Below, piece after piece: positions 38,213 to 49,977 of a stretch of DNA of 64,000 nucleotides. The notes under the pieces were generated by a model. The model was not told where the DNA came from, ran no database searches, and saw only the letters and a list, made by a program, of their open reading frames with translations. The number at the start of each line of letters is the position of its first letter. Position 1 is the first letter of the stretch. The stretch lies in NCBI RefSeq assembly GCF_036321535.1, contig NC_087437.1, positions 9,674,001-9,738,000 of the forward strand, written 5' to 3'. Origin of the DNA: Camelus dromedarius (lineage: Eukaryota). The position numbers and the translations under genes were made by a program.

Positions 38213-38615
38213 CGGTTTCATAAATAAATTCATTTGTATCATATTTTTAGATTCCACATATAAATGATATCATATGATATTTGTCTTTCTCTGTCTGACT
38301 TACTTCACTTAATATGATCTCTAGTTTCATAGGAAACATAGAAAACAAACTGTGGTTACCAGTGGGATAAGAGGTGGGATAGATTAGGAGTTTGGGATTA
38401 ACGGGTACACAGTATTATATATAAAATAGATAAACAACAAGGACCTACTGTATAGCACATGGAAAAATATTCAATATCTTGTAATGAGCTATAATGGAAA
38501 AGAATCTGAACAATATGTATGTATGTGTATGTATAATGGCATTGCTTTGCTGTATGCCTGCAACTAACATTGTGAATCGACTACACTTCAATAAAAATAA
38601 ACAAATACATAAAAT
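38213..38615 (+). mobile_element. 5'-inverted LINE-1 3' end
   Basis: An antisense L1 piece (38213-38330) is joined to the sense 3'UTR (acatagaaaacaaac..cttcaataaaaa). Confidence 0.88.
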
Positions 38616-40379
38616 ATTCCTGCTACTGTGTCAACTGATGTGGGAAAATGTATCATGATAATTTTTAAGTAAAACAGCAAATGACAGAATCATATGGACA
38701 GTGTCATACCGTTGTCATCACGGCGTGCTTACACACATATATAAATATATCTCAGTGAACATACTTTGTGAAAAGGGAGTGATGACTTGTGGAAGAGTGC
38801 TGAAAGCCTGGAACAGACACGTGGTCCATGAGAAAGGAAGCAGACCAGGTATGGCTAATGTAAAGGGATTTTTGACATAATGGAAAAAAAAATATAAGTT
38901 GCGATTAATGATCAGATTGTTATAGTGAAATTAGTCAACCAGAATGAGCAAGATTCCTCAGCTTGTCTCAAACTCTTGATATAAGAATTGAAAAAGGAGA
39001 TGCCTGGATTTACCCAGAGAGGTTGGGATTTATAGGAAAAGTGTGAGTAATGACAAGTGCTTAAAAGGACGGACAAAATGAAATGATAAACCTAACTCAG
39101 TAGAAATGGAAATGATCCCTCAGGTGTCCACACCCAATAAACTCTAAGGTAAGCTGTCATCCTGGGGTTTATGGAAGACATTGGACTTGCAGTGGACCTT
39201 GAAGCATAGGAGGGAAACCAACAGATGGTCGGAGTGAATGGAGACCCAATCCCAGATACCTGCAAAGGTCAGTGTGTCCTGATGGGGGTCCGTGGAAAGG
39301 CTAGAAGCCCCGTGTTTACGCTGGCAACCAGTGGGAGCTTTTATGACAAGGATAAACAGATTGGGGTCTGGCTGTAGAATCCTTAAATGCTAGGTCACAG
39401 AACAGAGAGTCTGGTAAGTGCCCTTTATCAAAACTTTTCAATATTAAATGTCAGCTTTTAAGATATTTTCAGGAATAAGCCTTGGAGTGTTGTGCTAGAG
39501 ATTTTAGTAATAAGTGAAATGGGAAATGGGAAGGCAGGCAACACTGCACTGAGTACAGATGCTCAGGTGTACGATGCATGGGGTTTGTTAGAGATGGGCC
39601 ACCCCCAAAGCTCTTAATGCTATAGGTGCATTAGCTTGATGTTAATAGAAGCTTAGAGGAAATGAGATTTTGTTGAATCCTAATGTTCATAAGTAATTAA
39701 GTTCCATTTGGACTACCATTTTTAGAAAAATCAATAATTTACTGTCGTTTCTAGCCGTATTCTGAAAGCTTTTCACAATTAAAAAGCACCTAAATTTACC
39801 ATGAAGTAATGAATACAAATGCTTAGGTTACAGCAAAGTACAAGACAATGAGATATATTAAGAGATCTTTTTATCTATCTAGACTTTCATGACTGTGTAT
39901 GTAAGATGCTGATAAAAAAGCAAAAATAAAGGGATGTCAGTTCCATGAGCGGGTACCATGTGCCAGTCTGTGTGCTAGGTGTCCTCAGAGAGGTGAAATA
40001 ACACATCTGCTGGCAGACTGGGAGCAAGCAGCAGAGATAGGGTTTAAAATTTGATCTAAACGACTGAAAAATACCATATTATTACTCTCACACTAAACCG
40101 TTTTGCTGTAAGTGCTGTTTATAACGTGCGAAGACTGGCAACATCAGAATAGAAACTGACACATTTGGTTTTGCCAACTGTAGCTTCTAAAAAAAAAGCA
40201 ATAAGAGGATGTAAGTTTTGCAAAGTTTGAGTTCGGTTATAAACCACAGAAAGGATTCTCTGGCGCAAAAAAAAAAAAAAAAAAAAAAAAAAAGTCAGCA
40301 ATGTTCTTGTGCCCATAAATTGTGGACCCAAAAGAAGATGAAATCAATTACCCCCAAAAAAGGATACACTTCTTGGAAA

Positions 40380-40580
40380 TCTTAGAATGAATCCAAGGGC
40401 ACATTTTAAATCATCTGGTGACTGTAGACTTCTACATTTTGCAAATGAGGAAGCTAGAGCCTAGAGAGGCAAAATGATTCACTTCCAGTAACAGAATGAG
40501 TTAGTGGACAGACTGGGCTTCCTGAGAGATCAAGTTTTATGGGACTGAGTATCCTGTCACCTTTTTCATATACCACATCA
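40380..40580 (-). mobile_element. MIR SINE
   Basis: cattttgcaaatgaggaagctagagcctagagagg. Confidence 0.7.
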
Positions 40581-40789
40581 GTTTTTATTTCTTAATGGAA
40601 TAAAAATAAAAAAGTGTTTACATGGGAAAGTGTAGTCCTGATCTGAAAGAAAACTGTCAATCATAGTAAGTTCTCCTTTAGAGCTCAAATGCCCCACAAT
40701 GGGTGGTCAAGACAGTTGAATTATCTGTTTCCCATGGGGATACCTGTGTCCACTGAGGGCCGCCAGTACTTCTAACCTGAGCCAGTCCT

Positions 40790-41020
40790 TACTGAAACAC
40801 TTGATATTTGCCAGACTGTGTGAGGCGCTTTAAATTCATGATTTTGTTTCGTTCTTCTAGTTACCATGTGAAATAAGTACAGTTATTTTTATTCCCATTT
40901 GAAAGGTTAAGAAACCAAAACAGAATGAAGCTATGAGCCCAAGATTGCTCAGATAACAAGAATGAGATCTGAATCCCAGTAGCTGAAGCCAAGAACCCTG
41001 TATTTATGGTCATGCTAAGC
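40790..41020 (-). mobile_element. MIR SINE
   Basis: ttattcccatttgaaagg..cccaagatt..tgaatcccagt. Confidence 0.6.
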
Positions 41021-41068
41021 CAAATTTCTATCTCCCACATTATTGAGCTTCAATGGACAATGTTTACT

Positions 41069-41071
<3 letters not shown>

Positions 41072-41129
<58 letters not shown>
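41072..41129. repeat. (AT)29 microsatellite at the L1 tail
   Basis: Perfect dinucleotide run. Confidence 0.97.
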
Positions 41130-41133
<4 letters not shown>

Positions 41134-41540
41134 TTAATTGAAGTATAGTTGATTTACAATGCTGTATTAGTTTCTGGTGTACAGCAGAGTGATTCAGTTA
41201 TATACAAATATGTATTCTTTTTCACATTCTTTTTCATTGTACCTCAGTACAACATATTGAATCTAGTTCCATGTACTAGACAGTAAGACCTTGTTGTTTA
41301 TCTCTTTTATATATAGTAGTTTGTATCTGCTGATCCCAAACTCCTAATTAACCCCGTCTCCCCTGTCCCCCCTGGTAACCATAAGTTTGTTTTCTATGTG
41401 AGTCTGCTTCTGTTTTGTAAAAGTTCATTTGTGCCATTTTTTTTAGGTTCCACATATAAGTGATATCATATGATATTTGTCTTTCTCTGTATGACTTACT
41501 TCACTTAGAATGCTAATCTCTAGGTTCATCCTTGTTGCTG
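41130..41540 (-). mobile_element. LINE-1 3' end
   Basis: aattgaagtatagttgatttacaat..gacttacttcacttagaat. CTCAAAT occurs on both flanks (41067, 41541). Confidence 0.92.
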
Positions 41541-41809
41541 CTCAAATTTATTTTAAAACTGCAGGAAGCTGGCTTTTGAGGACTGAGAAGCTCCTAGGAA
41601 AGTTAACAACTTTTTTGGTGTCCTTGGCCAAACAAGGTACAGGTAGAGATGAGAAAAATATACATTGACAAAAGGAAAACTGGGAGGGAGAGAAAAGGGA
41701 AAGATGAAAGGCTTTGCCTCATCTTTAAGCTAAGAGGGTATCTCAACTGCTCTCCAAATCCACGTCAGCTCTAAGATTAAAGAACAGTCACGTGCTTTTC
41801 TACATTTGC

Positions 41810-42005
41810 ACATAGCCCTTTGTACATACTTCTGCGGTTATTCTGATAGGATGATTACTTGCAATGGGGCCATTTTTCAAAATATGTGTCTCTCTCCTGA
41901 TAACCTCTAAGTTTCTTGAGGTCAAGGGCCAAATCTAAATTATCCTTAGCTCACCAGTGCCTGACATTTTGCCTGGAACAGTAAGTGTTTGGTAAATGTT
42001 TGGGG
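41810..42005 (+). mobile_element. L2 3' end
   Basis: taagtttcttgagg..ccagtgcctgaca..gcctggaacagtaagtg..taaatgttt. Confidence 0.7.
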
Positions 42006-44321
42006 GAAAGTAAAAATAAAATCATATGGCTACAAAGTAAATACTTATCCCATATACCTCCTAAGACTCCTAAATGGCCCAGGTCTGCCCTAGAGGTGAT
42101 ATCAATGATTTGACAATTTGGATGTGTTTTCAGTCTACCTCAAATTGAGTCTGAGGATATGATCTCAGGGTATCGAGAATTTCTCTTCCGTCATTTGTTT
42201 TTGCATTTTGATGATCTGGAAAACCTACATAACATTTTGGGTCATCTAGGAGATCCACAAAATTAAAACTGAATCTTGTTTTTCAACTTCAGTGCCCACA
42301 TTTGGGTTGGTGCTGGTGGTTACATTTGTACCGTGTGAAAACCAAGCAACACCACTGATGAGATAAACATCTTATGATTGTACAACCAGAAACAAGCGGT
42401 AGGGAATCGGGTCCTCGTGTGGTTCATGTTGGCATAGCACACTATGCCTTAGAGTAGTCATGAGGGGTAATTTCACATTGGAAGGGGTAATAGCGTCTTG
42501 AGAAAACTCTAACTTCCATCCTATTAAAGTCACATGGTTAACCTGAATTGTATGGCTTTAAACTTTTATTTGAATTTAATAGGTAAATTGGTTTTGACTT
42601 TAGTTATGCAAAATCTACTGGGACCAGGAATTTATCTTCATTTATAATCATATATGTAAACTGCATAAATATATACATATACTATATAAAGAAAAATATA
42701 TAAAAATACATTATATATGAAAATCATGTGATAAATATCATCTGCCTACCTTGGGGAAGGAAAAAGCTGTGAAAGTTCCCTTTTCTCCTTTAACAGGTGT
42801 CCACTGTATCATTCAAGTTGGAAGCAAACGGGTCCAGCTCTTAGGGAAAATGCATTTCGGCCAATGCAATTGACATCACTGCCATGATGGATTCCGGCAG
42901 TTGCATCTGCAGAAGCCCTCCCTCTCCCCACACATGGCGTCCTCTGTAGAGGGCCATCACTTCTGGCTTTCATGTTCACTAAAATTCACCTAGTGTGCCT
43001 CCTGCTATCAAAGACTGCTGGAAAAGAGAGGATGTTTTATCACTTGTTCACCATAATCTACTTTGTTGGTTCTTGTCATTGCCCTCCTTTAGGGGAAAAA
43101 TAACGACATTCTTCTGCAGGTAGTATTATGATGCTTGGACTCATTTTTTTTTAACATAGTGATTTCTTCTATTTCCCTGACTGTAAAGGTTTCATTCAGT
43201 ACTTTACAACCCCCTGAGTTTGGCAGGCAGTTCCTGTTGGGACGTGTACTTCTTTGCGGTGTTTCCCTCGCTTCATTTTTCAGAATTATGAATTTCTAGT
43301 GCACTCTACATAAAAACTACAACATGAAACAGTGGCATAAAAAGGAGCCAAATGTTGTTTGTCTCTTCCTACCCACGCTAGGAAGAAAAATGGTTCCAAC
43401 CAAAAGCACTAGAAAATAAAGAATTGTTACAGTAGATAAATTGCACCGTCTAGCAAGTATGAATCATACTTTGCACCACAAGGCATAGTGCCTGAAAGTA
43501 TACAGTCTGAAATAAAAAAAAAAAAAGAGATTCTATGAACTCAAATGATTTAACTAAAAGGAGATTTTCTCCAGGGAATCCAGGGACGGCTAGTATACCT
43601 GAAGAGAGTTCTGAAGAACGGTCAGTGTTTTACTAAAGTCTGTTGCTACCTGCCATGACATCTTCACATTGACCTAGTATTATTAGAGAATCAAAGGGGT
43701 TCAGAAGATTAAAATTGCTGACATGTTTGAAACTGAACTCTGTTTGCCCAATACAAAGAAGTGAAATCCCTTTATAAAGAGATTTGGGAAGTAGGAGAAG
43801 TATTCGCTCACACTGTATTCTTAGACGCTGCTCATTCACTCATTTGCATAAGGACAGTAAGCAGAAAAAATTATGATCATCTGTGATATCAGAACCATGA
43901 AACAGCATCAGGAGAATGACACTTTCCTCTATTGCGAGCACAAGTACCAACTAGTGCGTTTTAGCACAGCTAAAGCAACGGATCTCTGATTTTTACATAA
44001 GGCCCCTTTTTTTTCCTTCAGAGACTATTTTAGTAGTTATTTCAGTTCTAAACCTGAAGACTGATCTAATTAAGTAGCATAAATCTGTTACTATTGTGTT
44101 ACTTTAAGGAATCATAAGTCATTTTTGCGTCATTTTTCTTTAATCATAAGGGATTCACTATTATGGTCATTTTAAATAATCATAAGTAGCTTTTAGTAAA
44201 TGAAATAGTGTCACCAACACATGCTTAGTCACTCTTTGCAGGATAAAATACCCTTGGAATTTTATGAAAAATAGGGATCCTCGCACTTCAGCCCAAGAAG
44301 TTCTAATTCAAAAGAATTAGG

Positions 44322-44535
44322 AGATACTTACTACTATGTGTCAAATAGATAAACAGTAAGGCCTGCTGTATAACACAGGGAACTACTATATTCAATAGCT
44401 TGTAACAACCTACAGTGATAAAGAATGTTGAAAAGAATATATATATATATATATGACTGAATCACTATGCTGTACACCAGAAATTAACACAACGTTGTAA
44501 ATCAGCTATATTTCAATTTAAAAAAGAAAAAAAAA
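44322..44535 (+). mobile_element. LINE-1 3' end inserted in a MER5-like MITE (~44235-44622)
   Basis: aatagataaacag..cacagggaac..tacaccagaaattaacac with an A-tail. Near-TSD aaaagaattagga / aaaaaaatagga. Confidence 0.88.
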
Positions 44536-46349
44536 TAGGACTGGGATAGAGTCCAGATTTTTGTGGCTAAAAAATACTCCACGAGCTACTCTCACTTGCT
44601 ACCTGTGTTGAAGACTCACCGGTATAGACATTAGGTTACAAGGAAACTAGTCATCAAAAATAACTAAGTCTTCCCAATACCAAATGCATCACTTAATACA
44701 CATTATTCATTGCAAAAAACACTTGTGTGAGGTGCGGGCAGTCATTGCCCCCATTTGACAGATGAGGAAACTGAGATGGTCCTGGGTTCAGCTGCAGGGA
44801 CTACACATGTGCAACTTACGGGCTCAGCCTCATGCAACAGAGAGGATCTGGATGGGCAGCCCGTTAGGACCCTCTGCTCCAAATGTTTAGGAGGGTCTAG
44901 AAAGCGTTTGCTGTCCTCTCTCCTGGTGTGACTTTAGTCTGTGAGTATCTGCTCGGAGACCCCTGTGAGTCACTTTGCGCCTCTCTCTCTTACCATTCCT
45001 GCTTCCTTGGTTCAGGACCGGTCCCTGTGAGCCTAGCCCTGAACCTGAGCCCAGCTGGCGGAAGACCTGACCTCTTGGCTAGTACTTGTTGGTCCTAACC
45101 CTTGCAACGGACCTGTCTTCCAGAGTCCCCTCAAATGGCCTCAGGCCACCCATCTTCCTCTAGAATTCCCTCTTACTTACAGCTGAGAAGCCTGCCAGTT
45201 TGGGTCCATATCAACACAGATGAGACTCTGAGTCACTGCGATCCCTTAACTTAATGATCTGAACCCTTCTTGGCTTGAGAGGCCAGATCATCTTTTTTCG
45301 CTCCGGCCAGTCCTGGCTGGTTGCTGCTCTCCCTCGAACAGCTCCCTAATAGGAGCTCCCAGGAGTCCTCATCTAACTTCTATGGCAGCCTTATCTAATT
45401 ATGCAAAAAATGTGCAATTACAGTTTTTAAAAGGCAATTTCCCTTTTCGACAGGAAATTATGTTAAACTTTCTCGAGTCTTTCTGAGAGTGGGGATTGTA
45501 AAATGAACAATTGTCTAGAAAAAGGTATGAGAAGAAAGCAGAGGTTCTATGTGAAAGTATAAACTGTCAAAACTTTAAAAAAATCTACAGTTTTCTGAAA
45601 CAAAATGGGGCCAGTTAGCAATTAAAGGTTTTATATGCACATAAGAATTTAACATGAGGTGACTTCTTTAATGACTATACATTTCAGAACTTTATTTATA
45701 CTATAAAACAACATATGCTTATTGCAAAAAAATATGGAGTAATGTCACCCATAGCTAATTGCTAACAATTGGTCTAATTCCTTCTCTAGACTCCTTTATT
45801 CTGTGCATATGTTTCAGGATGCCAACTATATGAATGCATGCTATTTTACATGTATATAATACTATATTTTAATTTAAAATTATACTAGAGATAAATCATA
45901 TTTCATTTAATATTAAATTAATAAATATTAAAATACTTAATTATATTAATGATAAGCTATATTTAATTTTAATAATGTTGCTTAGGTAGATATTTATAGA
46001 GAGAATGGACAGAAATATTTGTACATTTGCATCTCTGTGGAAACTTAATATCATAGAAAATTGTTTTCTAACCTTGTTTTATTTTCAATAGAAATTTCCC
46101 TTTCATTTTAATTCACAGTTTGGTCAGAACAGCTGTCAAGTGTGTGCTTTTCTCCCAAGAGGTGGTTTCAGCACAGAAGCTCTATGTATAATGGAGGTTC
46201 TTTTGCATAGTCTGTTAAGGCATAACATTTTTATAGGAGGGAAGAAGTAAGAGTGTGTGAAATGAAACTCTAGTTTGATGGAGAGAGATAGAAAGATCTA
46301 AATGACTGGGCACGTCTTTTTATCCCTACCTACATGACCTGATGGCCAA

Positions 46350-46605
46350 ATTAGTGCACTGTGTAGAAACTAAGCCTTTTGCAGTACATTAGAGCTCAAA
46401 TACAGGCTTCGTAACTCGTTATCAGAGTGGCCTTAAGGAAAGTCATGGCACCGCTTTGGGCTCAGTGCTGTCATCTGTGAAATGCATATGCTCTATAATT
46501 ACCTCGCAAAGTGGCTAGACAGTCTAAGTAAGATTAGTATGCAAAACATTAAGCAATGGTGCTTACACAGGGTAAGGACTCCACATACAGTGGTTACCAT
46601 TTTTC
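46350..46605 (+). mobile_element. MIR SINE
   Basis: gggctcagtgctgtcatctgtgaaatg. Confidence 0.6.
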
Positions 46606-46759
46606 TCCTACCTTCATACACTGCTTCCTTGAGGTGTGCCCATCGGGGAAGGAAACTCTACTTGACTTCTGCTCCTTGAAGCTATAGAGAATGAAAGTCA
46701 ACTCTTGCTGATGGCGGGGCCATTTTGAAAGGATGGCTCAGCCAGAGGTCAAGTCCTAC

Positions 46760-47440
46760 ACATTCATTTATTCACTCACTTATTCATTTAGTCCCTTCCC
46801 TTATACATAGTCACTCAATAATGATTTATTAATCTCCTAGTATATCCCAGGCATCACAGGGATAAAAGAATAAATATAAGACACTGCCCTGCCTACAGGC
46901 ATATCTTGTACGCCTCTAACATGTCAGAGCTACCATTACAGAAGTATGTACACAGTAAGGCTTGAGCTATTTAAGGATGGCATTACAGCTTCTTATGGGT
47001 AGCAAAGAGAAATTTTTTAGAGCAAATAATTTTTGAACCAAATTTTGCAAATGAATAGGTATTTTCTAGATAGATGCAGCTAAAGGTAGAATAATAGGAT
47101 TTCTTCACAGAGGAAGGAGTGAAGGTGAAGGGAATGTAAAAAACTATTTTTAATTAATTATTTTTTATTTCAGGGGGAGGTAATTAGGTTTGTTTATTTC
47201 TTTCTTTTACTGGAGGTGCTGAGGATTGAACCCAGGACCCTGTGCTCACTAAGCATGCTCTCTACCACTGAGCTATGCCCTCCCCCCGGGAATGTGAAAA
47301 ATTATTGAGAGAACTACAGGTACAACAAAGGGCATGGGGTTCTATCGAGGGGAGTAGAGCAAAAGATGCCAAGTGAGGCAGGATTTAGCTGAGAGTCTGG
47401 TACATAAGGACCAGAAATGTGAAATGGATTCGATAGATGA
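46760..47440 (-). mobile_element. L2 fragment interrupted by a SINE
   Basis: cattcatttattcactc tail and atttattaatctcctagtatatcccaggca. Confidence 0.6.
47149..47287 (-). mobile_element. tRNA-Ala-derived SINE (vic-1-like)
   Basis: gattgaacccaggacc..ctaagcatgctctctaccactgagctatgccctcccc. 19-bp TSD with 2 mismatches at 47130-47148 and 47288-47306. Confidence 0.92.
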
Positions 47441-47479
47441 TTTTTTTTTTTTGAGCAATTCATAGAACTTTGTCCAGGG

Positions 47480-47760
47480 CTGGGAGAAATGTGACCTATA
47501 TTCAATCGGAGTAGAAATACTTTGATAAACACTAGGGTACTTAGTAAAGACCTCAGCAGGATAACGCTTTAATAGTAGAACTAAACTCAGACTAAAGCAA
47601 AAGCTTCCCTAGACCGAACCAAACAAAGTTTAAAAACAAGTCACCAAAGAATGAAGCAGATCCACAGATAAACTTCAGCACGATGAGAAGGAAGGCATCT
47701 AAACTCAGAAACTTAATCATGTCACATTAACATCATGTCTTCAACATCTATAGACGATTT
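47480..47760 (+). mobile_element. old L1 (L1MD-like) 5' region fragment
   Basis: agactaaag..aacaaagtttaaaaacaag. Confidence 0.5.
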
Positions 47761-49809
47761 TAAAAAGTGATGCACTGAAGATGTTGGAGCTGTGGTGCGT
47801 CGTGTCATCAGGTTGCTTGAGAAAGGCCACTCTGGTATCATTGTGAGATTAAAACAGTGTAAATTCACACCCTGGGACTAAGACTGTCATAAGAATTCAG
47901 CCTTAAATGGATGAGTGTTCAAACTAAGGCAGGGATGTATTGGGGCTCCATATTGGCTTTTAAACTCTTTGGAGAGTGTCTTATACTTTCTGAATGTGGA
48001 AAGGAGTCTATAATTGGCTCTATTTATTTCGGAGTAACTCAAGAAAAGACGAGGAACATCTAGAAAGTGCAGATCTGCCCTGACTGGGAACTTGATAAAT
48101 GTAAGTTTACTCAATATGCATGAGAGCTTCAATGTAGCCAGCTCAAACAGATGCAAACAGAGCATCGATCAGGCTGAGGACACCTGGACTGGACACAGCA
48201 GGAAGAGGGTCCTGCTGCAGGGACTGGCAAACTCCTGGGACCAATACGATGATGGAGTTAGCAAAAGTCATTACCCTCAGATGGTGAAAATGTCACACTG
48301 ACATGACTGGAAACTGTTGGATTAGGCACTATTTGGCCTTTTCCTAATTTACCATCTTGACATTTTGCTCAGCCACTGCTGATTCCACATATATTTCCTT
48401 TCAGTGACTCAGTGAACTGAACAAATGATTTTGCTGTTAGACTTCCACTGTCTTGGTAGATGGCAAGCTTAACCCCATTAAAAGCAGAAGCATCAAAATT
48501 TATCTATTTTCTCTTTATTTCTTCTGACCATTTTCTAAATGCTTTTGCTCTCATGAAAATCTGAGCAGTGGAAGATGGCGTTAAGTCGACTGTTCTGTTA
48601 GTTTTATAAAGGATAGAGTCACATGCTGGGTTTACAGAACAGAGAACACGCTACCACCGACCAAGGAAAAGCACAGGAGAAGCTACGTTCGGTTTTAATT
48701 ATGGCTTATCTGTGTCGATCAAATGCACTCTAGTCACTAAAAAGTAGAAAAGCTGGCGGCAATAATATACCTAAGTTAATCAGACTTTTTAAATGCCCAT
48801 TTATCCTAACCTCAAGGGCTTGCAACCAAATTTACTTGACCTCAGTACTAATAAAGAAAAGTCAAGATGCTGCATTAAAAGCCAACAAATAGACTATAAA
48901 TTAACATGGAAATGCAACCAAAATAGCAGTTTCCTGAACTTAGAAATGGTTAAGGCTACTGTTTAATAAGGTATTATTTATTATCTCCATATTTGATTAG
49001 CTTTAGCTACAAAATTAAGTCTCTCATTTTTGCATAAATTATAAGTAGAATGATTTCTGAATTTCACAGCCTGGGAAATTAATATAATTCATGAGTAACT
49101 GCACGAAATCTTTTCAGTTATTAATAATTTTAGGCTGACTGTTTTCCTCTAACCATCAGAAACCAAAAGGAATAATGCACAAAATATTATATGACATAGA
49201 AGTTCTAGAGGACACAGAGTGACAGCAGTGTGTGTTGACTCTACTAATTACACTAATAATTTCTTTATTTCTTGTTGATAAACAAAGTGATATTTGTGAA
49301 TGTTATCAATTTATTTAAGTCATCTACGAATATATTTTACTTTATTAGGATACTGCACTTTCAGATTTAGCTTCATTTTTACTTTTTAAAAATATGCGAG
49401 GGCTGGAGGTAAGCAGATGCAATTTGGAACAATCAACTTAGGTGCTATATTGAGAAAGCTATGCACAGAGAAACAAGAGATATGAGTTCCATTCTTGAAA
49501 AGGGTAAAAGCTTTGATGCAGTGTCAAGAAACGCAGATCCCGTTCCTGGGTAAGGCTTTGTTTTACTCAGGCTGATCTGTCACAGTTCCCACGGGGAAAA
49601 AAATACAGAAGCAATTCTCCACCAAGTTCAAGTCCTTTTTAGTGAATCCAGAGATGAATCACTGATGCAACACACATGGCAGTGAAAGCAAAGATGCCCG
49701 GGAAGTAGGGAATTCTGTTCTCTTCGTCCGCTAAGCAGCTGTGTGGCCTGGGTCAACCCCATTTATCTCCCTGTATCTCATGTGTAAAAATGAGGGAGTC
49801 GGTTAGGTC

Positions 49810-49977
49810 CAGGCTGACAAATCATTTTCACATCAGTGCCAATGATGGTGGGTTGGGAGACGCTGCTTGGTGTTCTGTGTTGAACCATATTGTGAGCTTA
49901 TATTATTGCTCAGCAAGGAAGGATGGGGAAGTGGTAGGGGTTTTGGCAATTCAAGTGTAGTTTATTTGCCATTTTTG
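49810..49977. mobile_element. hAT MITE (MER102-like)
   Basis: caggctgacaaat..tgccaa..gctgcttggtgttctgtgttga..tttgccattt. Confidence 0.5.

Noticed and set aside
40747..40766. CTCF-like TGTCCACTGAGGGCCGCCA
   Set aside because: Core spacing is off by one base; weak match.
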